From Candidatus Aenigmatarchaeota archaeon (lineage in GTDB: Archaea; Aenigmatarchaeota; Aenigmatarchaeia; CG10238-14; SpSt-28): 51,908 nucleotides of DNA. Numbering within the stretch: the stretch's first letter is position 1; the number at the start of each line of letters is the position of its first letter. The stretch covers positions 1 through 51,908 of the forward strand of contig JAVVFY010000005.1 of NCBI GenBank assembly GCA_032249395.1, in the 5' to 3' direction. Both the position numbers and the translations under genes were made by a program. This document shows, in pieces, positions 18,635 to 27,984 of this stretch. Below the pieces are notes generated by a model, which searched no databases, was not told the origin of the DNA, and saw only the letters and a list, made by a program, of their open reading frames with translations.

Positions 18635-19315
18635 ATGGAAATGTAGAAAGAAGTTCATAGATTACCTTTAATCGGAGAAAAAGCTCCTTCATTCAAAGCA
18701 AAAACAACACATGGAATGATAAACTTCCCAGATGATTATAAAGGAAAGTGGGTAGTTTTGTTCAGTCATCCAGCAGACTTTACTCCAGTGTGTACAACAG
18801 AGTTCTATGCATTTCAAAAGAGATATGAAGAATTCAAAAAGTTGAATACAGAGCTTATTGGTTTAAGCATTGATCAAGTTTTCAGTCATATAAAGTGGGT
18901 AGAGTGGATTAAAGAAAAGCTAGGGATAGAAATAAAGTTCCCAATAATTGCTGACGATTTAGGAAATGTAGCGAAGTTATATGGCATGATTCATCCAGGA
19001 AAAGGAACTAATACAGTTAGATCAGTTTTCATCATAGATCCAAATTGAATAATAAGGGCAATTCTCTACTATCCACAAGAAGTTGGTAGAAACATTGATG
19101 AAATTTTAAGAGTTGTAAGGGCCCTTCAAGTTTCAGATAATAATGGAGTTGCAATGCCAGCCAATTGGCCAAACAACGAATTGATCGGTTCAAAAGTGAT
19201 AATACCACCAGCATCTAGTGAGAAAGAAGCTAAAGAAAGATTAGAAAAGGCTAAAAGTAAAGAGATAGAAGCATTTGACTGGTGGTTTGCATATAAAGAA
19301 GTAAAGGTAGAGTAA
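18635..19315 (+). pseudogene. Archaeal peroxiredoxin (Prx6/TPx type) with two in-frame stops
   Basis: GGTGGTG SD; [17 protein letters not shown]...[12 protein letters not shown]...[20 protein letters not shown]...DWWF. TAG at 18644, TGA at 19046. Confidence 0.9.
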
Positions 19316-19316
19316 A

Positions 19317-19451
19317 TTGAGATGGGTTTGTCAAGTTTGCGGATACGTTTATGATGAAGAAAAAGAGGGAAGGAAATTCGAAGATTTACCAGAAAAGTGG
19401 CAATGCCCAGTTTGTGGGGCACCAAAAAGTATGTTTGAACCGGAGGATTGA
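19317..19451 (+). CDS. Rubredoxin (44 aa, absent from ORF track)
   Basis: TTG start; [38 protein letters not shown]. Confidence 0.93.
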   Translation: MRWVCQVCGYVYDEEKEGRKFEDLPEKWQCPVCGAPKSMFEPED

Positions 19452-19456
19452 GATGT

Positions 19457-19834
19457 ATGGCATTGAATGAAATAATAAGAAGTGAAGATTGGAAAAAAGA
19501 AAAGCATGTTCCAGTAATAGAAGTAATTGATAAAAAAGAAGGAATGATTGTAGTAAAAGTAACAGTCGGTAAAGAAATTCCTCATCCAAATACAACAGAA
19601 CATCACATAAGATTTATCGATCTTTACTTTTTACCAGAAGGAGAACAGTTTGCATTTCATATAGGTAGACAAGAATTTAACTCTCATGGGGAATCAACAA
19701 AAGGTCCAAATATGAGCGGAGTATACACAGAACCAATAGCTTACTTTACATTCAAAACAGACAAAAAAGGAAAGCTTGTAGCATTTTCCTACTGTAACAT
19801 ACATGGACTATGGTCGAGCGAAGAAAAAATATAG
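19457..19834 (+). CDS. Superoxide reductase-like (neelaredoxin/class II SORL) protein
   Basis: EKHVP, PHPNTTEHHI, CNIHGLW. Confidence 0.92.
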   Translation: MALNEIIRSEDWKKEKHVPVIEVIDKKEGMIVVKVTVGKEIPHPNTTEHHIRFIDLYFLPEGEQFAFHIGRQEFNSHGESTKGPNMSGVYTEPIAYFTFKTDKKGKLVAFSYCNIHGLWSSEEKI

Positions 19835-20094
19835 ATTTAGAAAACTTGGAGAGGAAAGTGAATGAAGCAATAAGACTTTTCAATAAATATAGGGCTCCAG
19901 AGGCAAACGCGAAACTAATAAAGTTTGACAATAGAAAAATTGTTGTAGACTTTACTGGAATTTTCTGTAGAACTTGTGGATTTTATGATTACTTTGATGA
20001 TCTAAAAATATTTCTAGAAGAAAGAGGAATAAAATCAAAGGTTTCAAAAATTGAAGAAAAAGAAAATGGGGCAATAGTTATATTTAGTTTTTAA
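19810..20094 (+). CDS. Small CxxC protein (NifU-C-like pattern)
   Basis: FTGIFCRTCGFYDYFDD; the start is uncertain. Confidence 0.6.
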   Translation: MVERRKNIDLENLERKVNEAIRLFNKYRAPEANAKLIKFDNRKIVVDFTGIFCRTCGFYDYFDDLKIFLEERGIKSKVSKIEEKENGAIVIFSF

Positions 20095-20369
20095 GTTTTT
20101 CATTCAGATTCGTACACATTTATATTACAAGTTGTAGTCATCACTCAATTCCAATACCTCACTTTTTTAATTATGTATTTAATCTTTAGCCTTCTATTAA
20201 AGACTTTTTGAATGGACTTTCGGAAGACACTAATACTAAGTTGGCTTTTCTAACCACCACTGATGGTGAAAATTATCGCATGAAGTACATAGCCTAATTT
20301 AACCCTGCAGTGTGGATAAACTTTAAAAATATTTTGGAAAACCTTTTTAAATTGACTTTAAATAATCTT

Positions 20370-21545
20370 ATGAGAATTGCCTTTTTCTCGTGGGAGTCTT
20401 TGCACTCTATTCCTGTTGGAGGATTATCTGTACACGTTACAGAATTAGCAGCAGCATTACAGAGAAAGGGGCACGAAGTTCACGTTTTTACAAGAATAGG
20501 AGATAATCAGTCAATTTATCAGAACATAGATGGAGTTCATTATCATAGATGTCCATTTGCATTTTCTTCCGATTTTTTATACGAAATGACAAACAATATG
20601 TGTAAATCGATGATTTATTATTTTAACGAGACTGAAAATTACATAGGCAATTTTGACATAATTCATGGTCATGATTGGCATGTTGTTTTGGCATTGGACG
20701 AATTAAAAAAGAAAAAAGGAAAAAAAGTAGTTTTCACTCTTCATTCAACCCAATACGGAAGAGATGGAAATCATTTTCACAATGGTAAAGCCCAAGATAT
20801 TTCTAACATAGAATGGTATGGTACTTATATTGCTGATAGGCTTATTGTTTGTTCCCATGCAATGAAAGATGAAGTCATGCGTTTGTATAGAGTACCAGAA
20901 TGGAAAATAAGAGTTATACCAAATGGAATTTGGGCTGATAGGTTTGATGGCATAGAAATTGATGCTTGGAATGAAGTAAAGAAACATTTTGGTTTTGGAG
21001 TTTATGATCCGATGATTGTTTATGTTGGTAGGATGACATATCAAAAAGGTGTTGATTTACTGATAGAAGCTATTCCAGATGTTCTGAAAGATTTTCCAAA
21101 CGCCAAATTCGTTTTTATTGGAGATGGCTACATGAGAAGTCAATTGGAAAGAAGAGTTAGTGAGTTAAATCTTTGGCATGCTGTTAGATTTACTGGTTAT
21201 GTTCCTGATGATTGGAAATTGAAAATAATTAAAGCTAGTGATGTTGTTGTAGTTCCAAGTAGAAATGAACCATTTGGTATAGTTGTTTTAGAAGCTTGGG
21301 CTGCTGGGAAACCAGTTATAGCCACTCATGGTACCGGAGCAGGAGAATTAATATGGCACGATGTAACTGGCTATAGAGTTTATCAAGCTCCAAATTCTAT
21401 AGCATGGGGAATAAAAGAAATTTTGAAGAATCCAGAGCATGCAAGATGGATGGGTGAAAAAGGAAGATATGCTGCGAAAACTGTTTTTAATTGGGATAAT
21501 ATTGCTGAGCAAACAATAAAAGTTTATGAGGAGTTGTTAAAATGA
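20370..21545 (+). CDS. GT4 glycosyltransferase, glycogen-synthase-like
   Basis: VGGLSVHV, IHGHDWH, GRMTYQKG, EPFGIVVLEAW. Confidence 0.88.
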   Translation: MRIAFFSWESLHSIPVGGLSVHVTELAAALQRKGHEVHVFTRIGDNQSIYQNIDGVHYHRCPFAFSSDFLYEMTNNMCKSMIYYFNETENYIGNFDIIHGHDWHVVLALDELKKKKGKKVVFTLHSTQYGRDGNHFHNGKAQDISNIEWYGTYIADRLIVCSHAMKDEVMRLYRVPEWKIRVIPNGIWADRFDGIEIDAWNEVKKHFGFGVYDPMIVYVGRMTYQKGVDLLIEAIPDVLKDFPNAKFVFIGDGYMRSQLERRVSELNLWHAVRFTGYVPDDWKLKIIKASDVVVVPSRNEPFGIVVLEAWAAGKPVIATHGTGAGELIWHDVTGYRVYQAPNSIAWGIKEILKNPEHARWMGEKGRYAAKTVFNWDNIAEQTIKVYEELLK

Positions 21546-21766
21546 AAGTAAAAAAGATTTTGTTGCCAAAATGGGTTCCTTGGTTTGTTTTGGTTATTGC
21601 ATTTTTTACAGTTTTGCTATCCTATTCTGAGTTAAAAACTAAACAAAATCCTAATTTTACTAGCTTCATAATAACCATAATTATGTTTGTTTTTATTCTC
21701 TTTGTTTTGTTTTTAGTTTCCTATAGACAAATTCCTTATTTGCTCTTGACGGAGGTGAAAAAATGA
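21542..21766 (+). CDS. Small two-TM membrane protein
   Basis: ATGA overlap with the GT4 gene; two hydrophobic helices. Confidence 0.7.
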   Translation: MKVKKILLPKWVPWFVLVIAFFTVLLSYSELKTKQNPNFTSFIITIIMFVFILFVLFLVSYRQIPYLLLTEVKK

Positions 21767-21985
21767 AATGTTGGTTCTGTAGTGAAGGAAGCAGTAGCAG
21801 TGTCTATGGGAGGAAAAGCTGTTTGCAGAGAACATGCTAATGTTATTTACAGAATATGCTTTGCGAAATCAGATACAAGCATAGGCTATGCAACTTATGA
21901 ATGGGTTCACAATGTAGTTTTAGCACCAGATGAATGGATAGAATGGGAAAGCTGGGAAGGAGGAAAGAAAGTTGTTAGAACTTAA
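21763..21985 (+). pseudogene. Small Zn-finger-like protein with +1 frameshift
   Basis: Perfect GGAGGTGA SD and ATGA overlap. MKCWFCSE shifts at about 21787 into EAVAVSMGGKAVCREHA. Confidence 0.55.
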
Positions 21986-22692
21986 ACAACTTTAACTCCA
22001 GGCATTATCCACTTATCACTTCTCCATTCTTTTGATCTTTCTATTATTTTTATTGGAGTACTACTCAAAGCTTCTTTTGCCTCCTTCATTTCTAAACCAA
22101 GAGTAACTAGATAAGAAATCAAAACTTTTGGGTCCTTTATTTGCCAGTGCGAAAGAGCTCCAGAAGAAATTATTAAAGGAAACTTAAACTTTTTGTACAA
22201 TCTTATAATCTCCATATGATTTGCTAGAACATTTTTTCTAACTAACCCTTCTGAGTTCAAGACTTCTCTAAAGTTTATTTCTATTGCAACTTCATTCTCT
22301 TTTGCTAATCTTGCCAAAACATGATTTATACCACAATCTTTTCTCTCGTAATCGGGATGAGTTAAAATATCTACGCCTCTATTTTCAACAGCAATTCTAT
22401 TCATGAAATTCGTTCCACCTCTCACTAAAAGTAAATCGAATTCTCTTCTCCTATTCAAAAGTTTCTTTAATTCCATCTTGTTAGTTACCTCAAAGCCAAT
22501 GTAGATTTCAAAGTTGTATTCTTTGCTGACTCTGTTTATCTCAGCCTTTAACAAATCCTCTTCTTCCCTTTTCAGAGGATAAGAAATAAAGCCAATTCCC
22601 TTATAACCCAACTCTTTTGCAGTTTTTATAATTTCTTCTAGAGTAGATTCCCCAGAACTAAAAGTGCTGTGTATGTGCAAATCATACATCAT
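21982..22692 (-). CDS. rnp3: RNase P protein component 3 (Rpp30)
   Basis: PHP fold YDLHIH; NRIAVEN..VDIL; INHVLARLAKENEVAIEINF; ISSGA. Confidence 0.88.
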   Translation of the reverse strand: MMYDLHIHSTFSSGESTLEEIIKTAKELGYKGIGFISYPLKREEEDLLKAEINRVSKEYNFEIYIGFEVTNKMELKKLLNRRREFDLLLVRGGTNFMNRIAVENRGVDILTHPDYERKDCGINHVLARLAKENEVAIEINFREVLNSEGLVRKNVLANHMEIIRLYKKFKFPLIISSGALSHWQIKDPKVLISYLVTLGLEMKEAKEALSSTPIKIIERSKEWRSDKWIMPGVKVV

Positions 22693-23978
22693 TTAATTCT
22701 TTTTTCTCTAATCAAATAAATCAAAATTCCTATTAAAAGCCACATACTGCCAACAATCTTAGCGTTGTTTTCAAGAAATAACATTAAAACAAAACAACTT
22801 ATTGCTCCAGCTATTGGTATTAGTGGATGAAATGGTAACTCGAAGGTTGGCTTTTTCTTTATTTTCGTCTTTAGTTTTATCAAACTCAAATTTGTAAAGA
22901 TAAAATTGAACAAAGACCCAAAACTAACGATTGAAACAACGAAATGTATGCTGCCAGACAAAACTATTAAAACACTTAAGATAGATGAGATTATTATCGA
23001 AGTTATAGGTGTTCCAAATCTTTCGCTAACTTTTGCGAATGTTTTAGGTAATAAATTATCTCGAGAAAGGGCAAACAATGTTCTAGATGAGCTGTAAATG
23101 CTTGTTAAAGCTACGCTGGCGGTAGCAACTAGGGAGCCAAATGTTACAAACAAACTAGCATATTCATTGTTTGTTATTTTTTGTATAACATAAGATAGAG
23201 GATGGTCTACGCTTCCAAGAATTTTCCAATCAACCGAGCCAACACTAACTATAGCAACTCCAATGTAGATTAAAGAGCAAATTAAGAGAGAGAGGATTAT
23301 TGCTAGGGGAATATCTTTTTTTGGATTTTTTGCTTCCTCAGACGCCATTGCAACTGTTTGAAAGCCAAGGAATGCAAAGAAAACAAGGGAGCTGGCAGTC
23401 AAAGTAGATGAAAAACCGTTTGGGAAAAATGGAACAAACTTGGTTTCATCGAAATTTTTAAAAATGTGAAAAATGCCAACAAAAATTAAAAACGATAGTG
23501 CAGATAGCTTTATCAAAACTAGAATTGATGAGAGTATAGAAGTTGTTTTTACCCCAACAATGTTTGGTATAGTTAACAAGATAATTAAAGCTATTGATGG
23601 TACTATAAGAAAACTTTTTGAGATAAATGGGAAGAAAAAAGAAATTAAGTATGCCGAAAAACCCAAAGAAACTGCTGATATTGAGACAACGTTATCAAAA
23701 TATCTAATCCATCCAACCAAAAATCCAAAGAACTTTCCAAACGCTCTTTTTGTATAAGCATATGAGCTTCCAGTCTCTGTTATTATGGAAGAAAGTTCAG
23801 CAGTTGTTAGAGCAGTTAATAAGGCGACTAAGCCTGCAATCCAAAAAGACAATATAACAGAAGGACCAGCAATACCTGCGGCTATTCCACTGACGACAAA
23901 AATGCCTGCACCAATTATCTGAGATATTCCAACAACAACTAGGTCAAATAAACCAAGTTCCTTCTTTAAATTACTCAT
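22689..23978 (-). CDS. APC family amino acid permease
   Basis: IIGAGIF, FFAFLGF, EEAKNPKKDIP; about 12 TMs. Confidence 0.92.
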   Translation of the reverse strand: MSNLKKELGLFDLVVVGISQIIGAGIFVVSGIAAGIAGPSVILSFWIAGLVALLTALTTAELSSIITETGSSYAYTKRAFGKFFGFLVGWIRYFDNVVSISAVSLGFSAYLISFFFPFISKSFLIVPSIALIILLTIPNIVGVKTTSILSSILVLIKLSALSFLIFVGIFHIFKNFDETKFVPFFPNGFSSTLTASSLVFFAFLGFQTVAMASEEAKNPKKDIPLAIILSLLICSLIYIGVAIVSVGSVDWKILGSVDHPLSYVIQKITNNEYASLFVTFGSLVATASVALTSIYSSSRTLFALSRDNLLPKTFAKVSERFGTPITSIIISSILSVLIVLSGSIHFVVSIVSFGSLFNFIFTNLSLIKLKTKIKKKPTFELPFHPLIPIAGAISCFVLMLFLENNAKIVGSMWLLIGILIYLIREKRIK

Positions 23979-23992
23979 TAATAAATTTTAAT

Positions 23993-24523
23993 TTATGCTC
24001 TTAAACCTCTGGATTTTTTCCCAGCTGATGTTAATCCTCTGAAAACCCTTCTTCTATGCTTTCCACTTGTTATCCAATTTATTTTTGGATCAGCTTTTAT
24101 GTTTGGATGATGAGGATCGACTAGAATAACTTCAAACCATTTGTATTGACCATCTTCACCAACATAATAGCTGTTTAATACCTCTAAATTTGGGAACTTT
24201 CGTGCAGCCCTTTCTTCTGCAATCCATCTATCCGATTTTCTTGCCGTAAATTTTAATAGTCCTGCAGAAGAAGGTTTCCTACCACCACTTCTTTCGTATA
24301 ACCTTCTAGGCTTACCACCCTTTCTAACTCTAACTCTTACTATTACAAAACCTTGCTTGGCTTTGTATCCAAGAGCTCTCGCTCTATCTAGACGAGTAGG
24401 TTTTTCTATTCTTACTACAGCTGGCTGTCTCCTCCACTCTATTAATCTCTTCTTTTCCAACTTCTCTGTTTCTTCTGTCTTAGTTTTCCACATTTCTCTT
24501 AAAGCTTTATATAGATTCAGCAT
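23993..24523 (-). CDS. rpl15e: 50S ribosomal protein L15e
   Basis: [37 protein letters not shown]. Confidence 0.97.
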   Translation of the reverse strand: MLNLYKALREMWKTKTEETEKLEKKRLIEWRRQPAVVRIEKPTRLDRARALGYKAKQGFVIVRVRVRKGGKPRRLYERSGGRKPSSAGLLKFTARKSDRWIAEERAARKFPNLEVLNSYYVGEDGQYKWFEVILVDPHHPNIKADPKINWITSGKHRRRVFRGLTSAGKKSRGLRA

Positions 24524-24583
24524 AAAAACACTGTTGGTATTTAAATTTAAATCGTTAAAATCGAATTGATTTTTAGTGATAAT

Positions 24584-24844
24584 ATGCATCCGTTAGCAAA
24601 AGCTCTTATAGGTGTACTAATTGTAGTGTTATCAGTAGCGTACATTATTGTAGGGATTCCAGGATTAGTTAAACCAGCATGGCAAGACGTCTTGACAGTA
24701 TTGAACGGTGGTCTACCGCTTTTATTTATATTGATAGGAATCTTCATAGCATGGCTAGAATGGGACGAGTGGAAGATAGAAAGAGAACTAGCAATGGAGG
24801 AGAAAAAACTAGAAGAAGAAAGGAAAAGAAGGAAAAGGAAATAG
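24584..24844 (+). CDS. Small membrane protein with charged tail
   Basis: Two TMs followed by [12 protein letters not shown]. Confidence 0.7.
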   Translation: MHPLAKALIGVLIVVLSVAYIIVGIPGLVKPAWQDVLTVLNGGLPLLFILIGIFIAWLEWDEWKIERELAMEEKKLEEERKRRKRK

Positions 24845-24882
24845 TTCGCTTATTTTTTATTTTTTTATTGTTTAATATATAT

Positions 24883-25206
24883 ATGGAAATTTCGCATGAA
24901 GATTTCAAAAAAGTTGAATTAAGAATAGGAAAAGTAATTCAAGTAGAAGATATCTTGCAATCAAATAAACTTCTGAGGTTAACTGTAGATTTTGGAGATG
25001 AGAAGAAGATAGCTGTTGCGGGAATAAAACAGCAATATAGACCAGAAGACCTTTTGAATAAAAAGTTTGTATTTGTAACGAACCTTCAAAAGAGAAAAAT
25101 AATGGGAATAGAATCTCAATGCATGATTCTAGCAGCAGAAGACAACGGAACTATTGCATTGCTTCAACCTACAAAAGATGTTAAAGAAGGAAGTATAATT
25201 AGATGA
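24883..25206 (+). CDS. tRNA-binding OB-fold protein (Trbp111/MetRS C-terminal-like)
   Basis: DFKKVELRIGKV, KLLRLTVDFG, NLQKRKIMGIESQCMIL. Confidence 0.9.
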   Translation: MEISHEDFKKVELRIGKVIQVEDILQSNKLLRLTVDFGDEKKIAVAGIKQQYRPEDLLNKKFVFVTNLQKRKIMGIESQCMILAAEDNGTIALLQPTKDVKEGSIIR

Positions 25207-25767
25207 ATGGAAGAAAAAACAAAACAATACATTTTAAAGCTAGCAAGAAGAGCAGTTGAAACTTATGTAAGGACAGGAAGGATGATCTCTAGACCGAAAG
25301 ATTATCCAAGAGAGCTAGACGAAAAAAGAGGAGTTTTTGTAACAATAAACAAAATTTTTTATGGAACAGCGGAATTAAGAGGTTGTATAGGTCTACCATA
25401 TCCAACAAAACCTTTAATAGATGGAATAATAGAGGCAGCAATTTCTGCAACAAGAGATCCAAGATTCCCACCTTTATCAGAAGACGAATTAGATAAAATA
25501 AAGATTGAGGTCTCTATATTGACAGAACCTAAGAAACTTGAAGGAAGTGTTAAGGAAGCTGTTGATAAAATAGTTCCATTCAAGCATGGAGTAATAATAA
25601 AGAAAGGCTTTAAGACTGCGTTATTCTTACCTCAAGTTTGGGACGAATTAACAAAAAAAGAAGTTTTTCTTTCTCAACTTTGTCTAAAAGCAGGTTTGCC
25701 AGCTGACGAATGGAAAAAGGAAGGAACAGAATTTTACGTATTTGAGGCAGAAGTCGTTAAAGAGTAA
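25207..25767 (+). CDS. AMMECR1-domain protein
   Basis: GVFVT, LRGCIG, DPRFPP, LFLPQVW, LCLKAGL. Confidence 0.93.
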   Translation: MEEKTKQYILKLARRAVETYVRTGRMISRPKDYPRELDEKRGVFVTINKIFYGTAELRGCIGLPYPTKPLIDGIIEAAISATRDPRFPPLSEDELDKIKIEVSILTEPKKLEGSVKEAVDKIVPFKHGVIIKKGFKTALFLPQVWDELTKKEVFLSQLCLKAGLPADEWKKEGTEFYVFEAEVVKE

Positions 25768-25903
25768 GAGTTATAAAACCATTTAATAATCTCTATGCTA
25801 CCCCTTGAGATATAAGGTGAAGTCTATTCCAGCTTTTATATCTTTAATTTTCATCAATTTACTTTTTTTAAAAAATAAATGCTCCCAACAAAAACTATAG
25901 GAA

Positions 25904-26641
25904 ATGGATGTATTGGTTTGGATAGTTTCTGCACTGATATTAGTTAGTTTAATAGGATTAGCTGGAGTATTTTCGTTATTTATTAAAAGAAAAACTTTAG
26001 AGAAAATAGTTTTCCCACTAGTATCTTTTGCTGCAGGATCACTCGTGGGGAGTGCTTTGTATCATTTGTTTGCAGAGGGTTTGGAAAGAATCGGAACATT
26101 ACAGGCTATAAATTGGTTTGTTATTGGTTTTATTGTTTTCTTCATTCTCGAGAGAATATTGAGATGGCACCATTGTCATAATTTAAAATGTAAAGTTCAT
26201 CCATTTAGCTATCTTATATTTGTTGGGGACGCAATTCACAATATCATTGATGGTCTAATCATTGCTTCTACATTTTTAGTTGACATAAGATTAGGAATTT
26301 TAACAACATTCCTAATAATAGCCCATGAGGTTCCGCAAGAGCTCGGAAATTTTGCTACAGCGTTATACGGAGGAATGAAAAGAAACAAAGCAATAGTCTT
26401 CACATTTTTATCACAAACAACTTGTATTATCGGCGGTTTCTTTGGATATTACTTTTTGTCTAAAGAGACAATTTTACATTTGCTACCATTTACTGCAGGT
26501 GGTTTCATTTATATTGCGACTTCAGATTTAATACCAAAACTTCATAGGGAACTAAACATTAAAAAGTCTATAATTTCATTCACGCTCTTCCTGTTTGGTT
26601 TAGCTTTTGTGATTGGATTAAAATTTCTAGAAGTCGCATAA
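25904..26641 (+). CDS. ZIP family metal transporter
   Basis: WHHCH, GDAIHNIIDG, AHEVPQELG, GGFIYIATSDLIP. Confidence 0.93.
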   Translation: MDVLVWIVSALILVSLIGLAGVFSLFIKRKTLEKIVFPLVSFAAGSLVGSALYHLFAEGLERIGTLQAINWFVIGFIVFFILERILRWHHCHNLKCKVHPFSYLIFVGDAIHNIIDGLIIASTFLVDIRLGILTTFLIIAHEVPQELGNFATALYGGMKRNKAIVFTFLSQTTCIIGGFFGYYFLSKETILHLLPFTAGGFIYIATSDLIPKLHRELNIKKSIISFTLFLFGLAFVIGLKFLEVA

Positions 26642-26684
26642 AAAATAATTGCTGTACCCACTATTTCAATTTCATATTTTATAT

Positions 26685-26802
26685 CGCTGGGGGTGGGATT
26701 TGAACCCACACGGGCGTAAAGCCCACCGGCTTTCTTCATTTTAATCAGTCCTTGAGTCTAAAAACTCAAGGCCGGCGCCATACCTGGTTAGGCGACCCCA
26801 GC
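26685..26802 (-). tRNA. tRNA-Ser(TGA) with 33-nt intron at 37/38 (26732-26764)
   Basis: GCTGGGG/CCCCAGC acceptor, G73, long variable arm, CCGGC-CT-TGA-G[intron]A-GCCGG. Confidence 0.93.
26733..26757 (-). ncRNA. Putative intron-encoded guide-D'-C' box module targeting U34 of tRNA-Ser
   Basis: ACTCAAGG-A-CTGA-TTAAA-ATGAAGA; the guide is the reverse complement of CCTTGAGT in the host tRNA. Confidence 0.65.
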
Positions 26803-26813
26803 ACTAAAAATAA

Positions 26814-27290
26814 TTATGTAATCTTGCTTTTAAGTTCTATACTTGTCATACATTCTACGTTCACAAATTTAGCAAATTTTATAAGATTTAAGTCGTTGGT
26901 TATTAATATTAAGTTGTTTTCTTTCGCTATGCTTAAATGAATAGCATCCTTAAAGTCTAATCTATTCAAGCACCACTTAAGTACATTTTCGTCAATTTTT
27001 GCTTTTTCTATCAATTTGACTTTCATGCTTTTTATTTCATCTTTAACGAAATCTTCTATACTTCTTCTACTAATATTCATTTCTCTTTTTAACACATTTA
27101 CTAATTCTATTAAAGTAAAAAATGATGAAATTGGGGTGATTTGTGTATTATTGAAAAAAATAAACTTTATTTCTTTATTGGTGCCACTAATTTTTTCCTC
27201 TATCTTTTTCTTTAAGTAGGAGTAAAGAACGTTTGTATCTAGGTATACTTGCACCTCTTTCACCTTATGCAGATGCATATTTTCTGACAA
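26814..27290 (-). CDS. PIN-domain (VapC-like) nuclease
   Basis: VYLDTNVL, TLIEL, DFKDAIHL, LITND. The start may be slightly downstream. Confidence 0.88.
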   Translation of the reverse strand: MSENMHLHKVKEVQVYLDTNVLYSYLKKKIEEKISGTNKEIKFIFFNNTQITPISSFFTLIELVNVLKREMNISRRSIEDFVKDEIKSMKVKLIEKAKIDENVLKWCLNRLDFKDAIHLSIAKENNLILITNDLNLIKFAKFVNVECMTSIELKSKIT

Positions 27291-27984
27291 TGTCTACTAC
27301 TTGCCTTATCTCGAATCTTGGTCTCCACTTGTAGTCTGGCAAAGGAGAAAATCTAATTGAACCCTTATCTCCGTTTATAGTTACTTGATATCTTCCTCCA
27401 TTCAAAAACTTTATAGCAGGTCTAATTGAAATTACTCTTAAACAATCTTTGAATTTTGTCATATATTCTAGAAATCTTTTGTTTGTTTCTAGATTACTAC
27501 CTCTCATTGTTTGATAGAATAACCCATCAACATTTTTAAACATAGCTTGCGTTACTTCCAAACTATGTTTTTGGTATATTTGTTGTAGTCCGCTTGCAGA
27601 GACCTTTACTCTCTTAAATTTAATTCCAGTAATTTCTGTAAGTTTTTCTACGATCCTTTCTGTAATTTTATCCGGACCTCTGCAGATTTCTAAAAGCTTA
27701 TTGTTGACATTGAAAAAACCTGTTATCTTTTTTATAACCTTTGAATTATCATTTTGTTTTAAAACTGATATGACTTCTTCTACTTCGTCTTTCTCCAAAA
27801 CTCTTGAAAGATGCTCTTCTATGCTTTCTTCGAAAAAGTAATTTATTATTATTTCCTCTGGTTGATATTTGTTTAAAGTTGCTGAAAACCACTCCTTTTC
27901 TCCCCTCCCATTTTCGTTTATCTCTTTTATTATCTGGAATTTTGGTTTAACATTTTCAGCTATGAACAATGTTATAGCAGGCAT
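27265..27984 (-). CDS. Hypothetical protein coupled to the PIN gene
   Basis: 239-aa ORF with GGTGAT SD; overlaps the PIN gene. Confidence 0.8.
   Translation of the reverse strand: MPAITLFIAENVKPKFQIIKEINENGRGEKEWFSATLNKYQPEEIIINYFFEESIEEHLSRVLEKDEVEEVISVLKQNDNSKVIKKITGFFNVNNKLLEICRGPDKITERIVEKLTEITGIKFKRVKVSASGLQQIYQKHSLEVTQAMFKNVDGLFYQTMRGSNLETNKRFLEYMTKFKDCLRVISIRPAIKFLNGGRYQVTINGDKGSIRFSPLPDYKWRPRFEIRQVVDIVRKYASA

Noticed and set aside
18635-19315. Genetic code reassignment (UGA=Gly or Sec, UAG readthrough)
   Set aside because: All three stop types interrupt genes, TGA and TAG end many normal genes here, and no core gene has an internal stop. The TGA is at a Gly, not a Cys, position.
20104-20144. 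Possible box C/D sRNA on the minus strand (GTGATGA...CTGA)
   Set aside because: Only 30 nt between the boxes, no clear D'/C' pair, and an AT-rich guide with no target I can identify.
24679-24882. Extended N-terminus of the tRNA-binding protein
   Set aside because: Overlaps the upstream membrane gene in another frame; the domain starts at ATG 24883.
26685-26802. tRNA-Sec or opal suppressor, since the intron 3' end TGAAG would pair perfectly with CTTCA
   Set aside because: The encoded anticodon is TGA with a normal 7-bp acceptor and Ser features. The mismatch is better explained by the C'-box.
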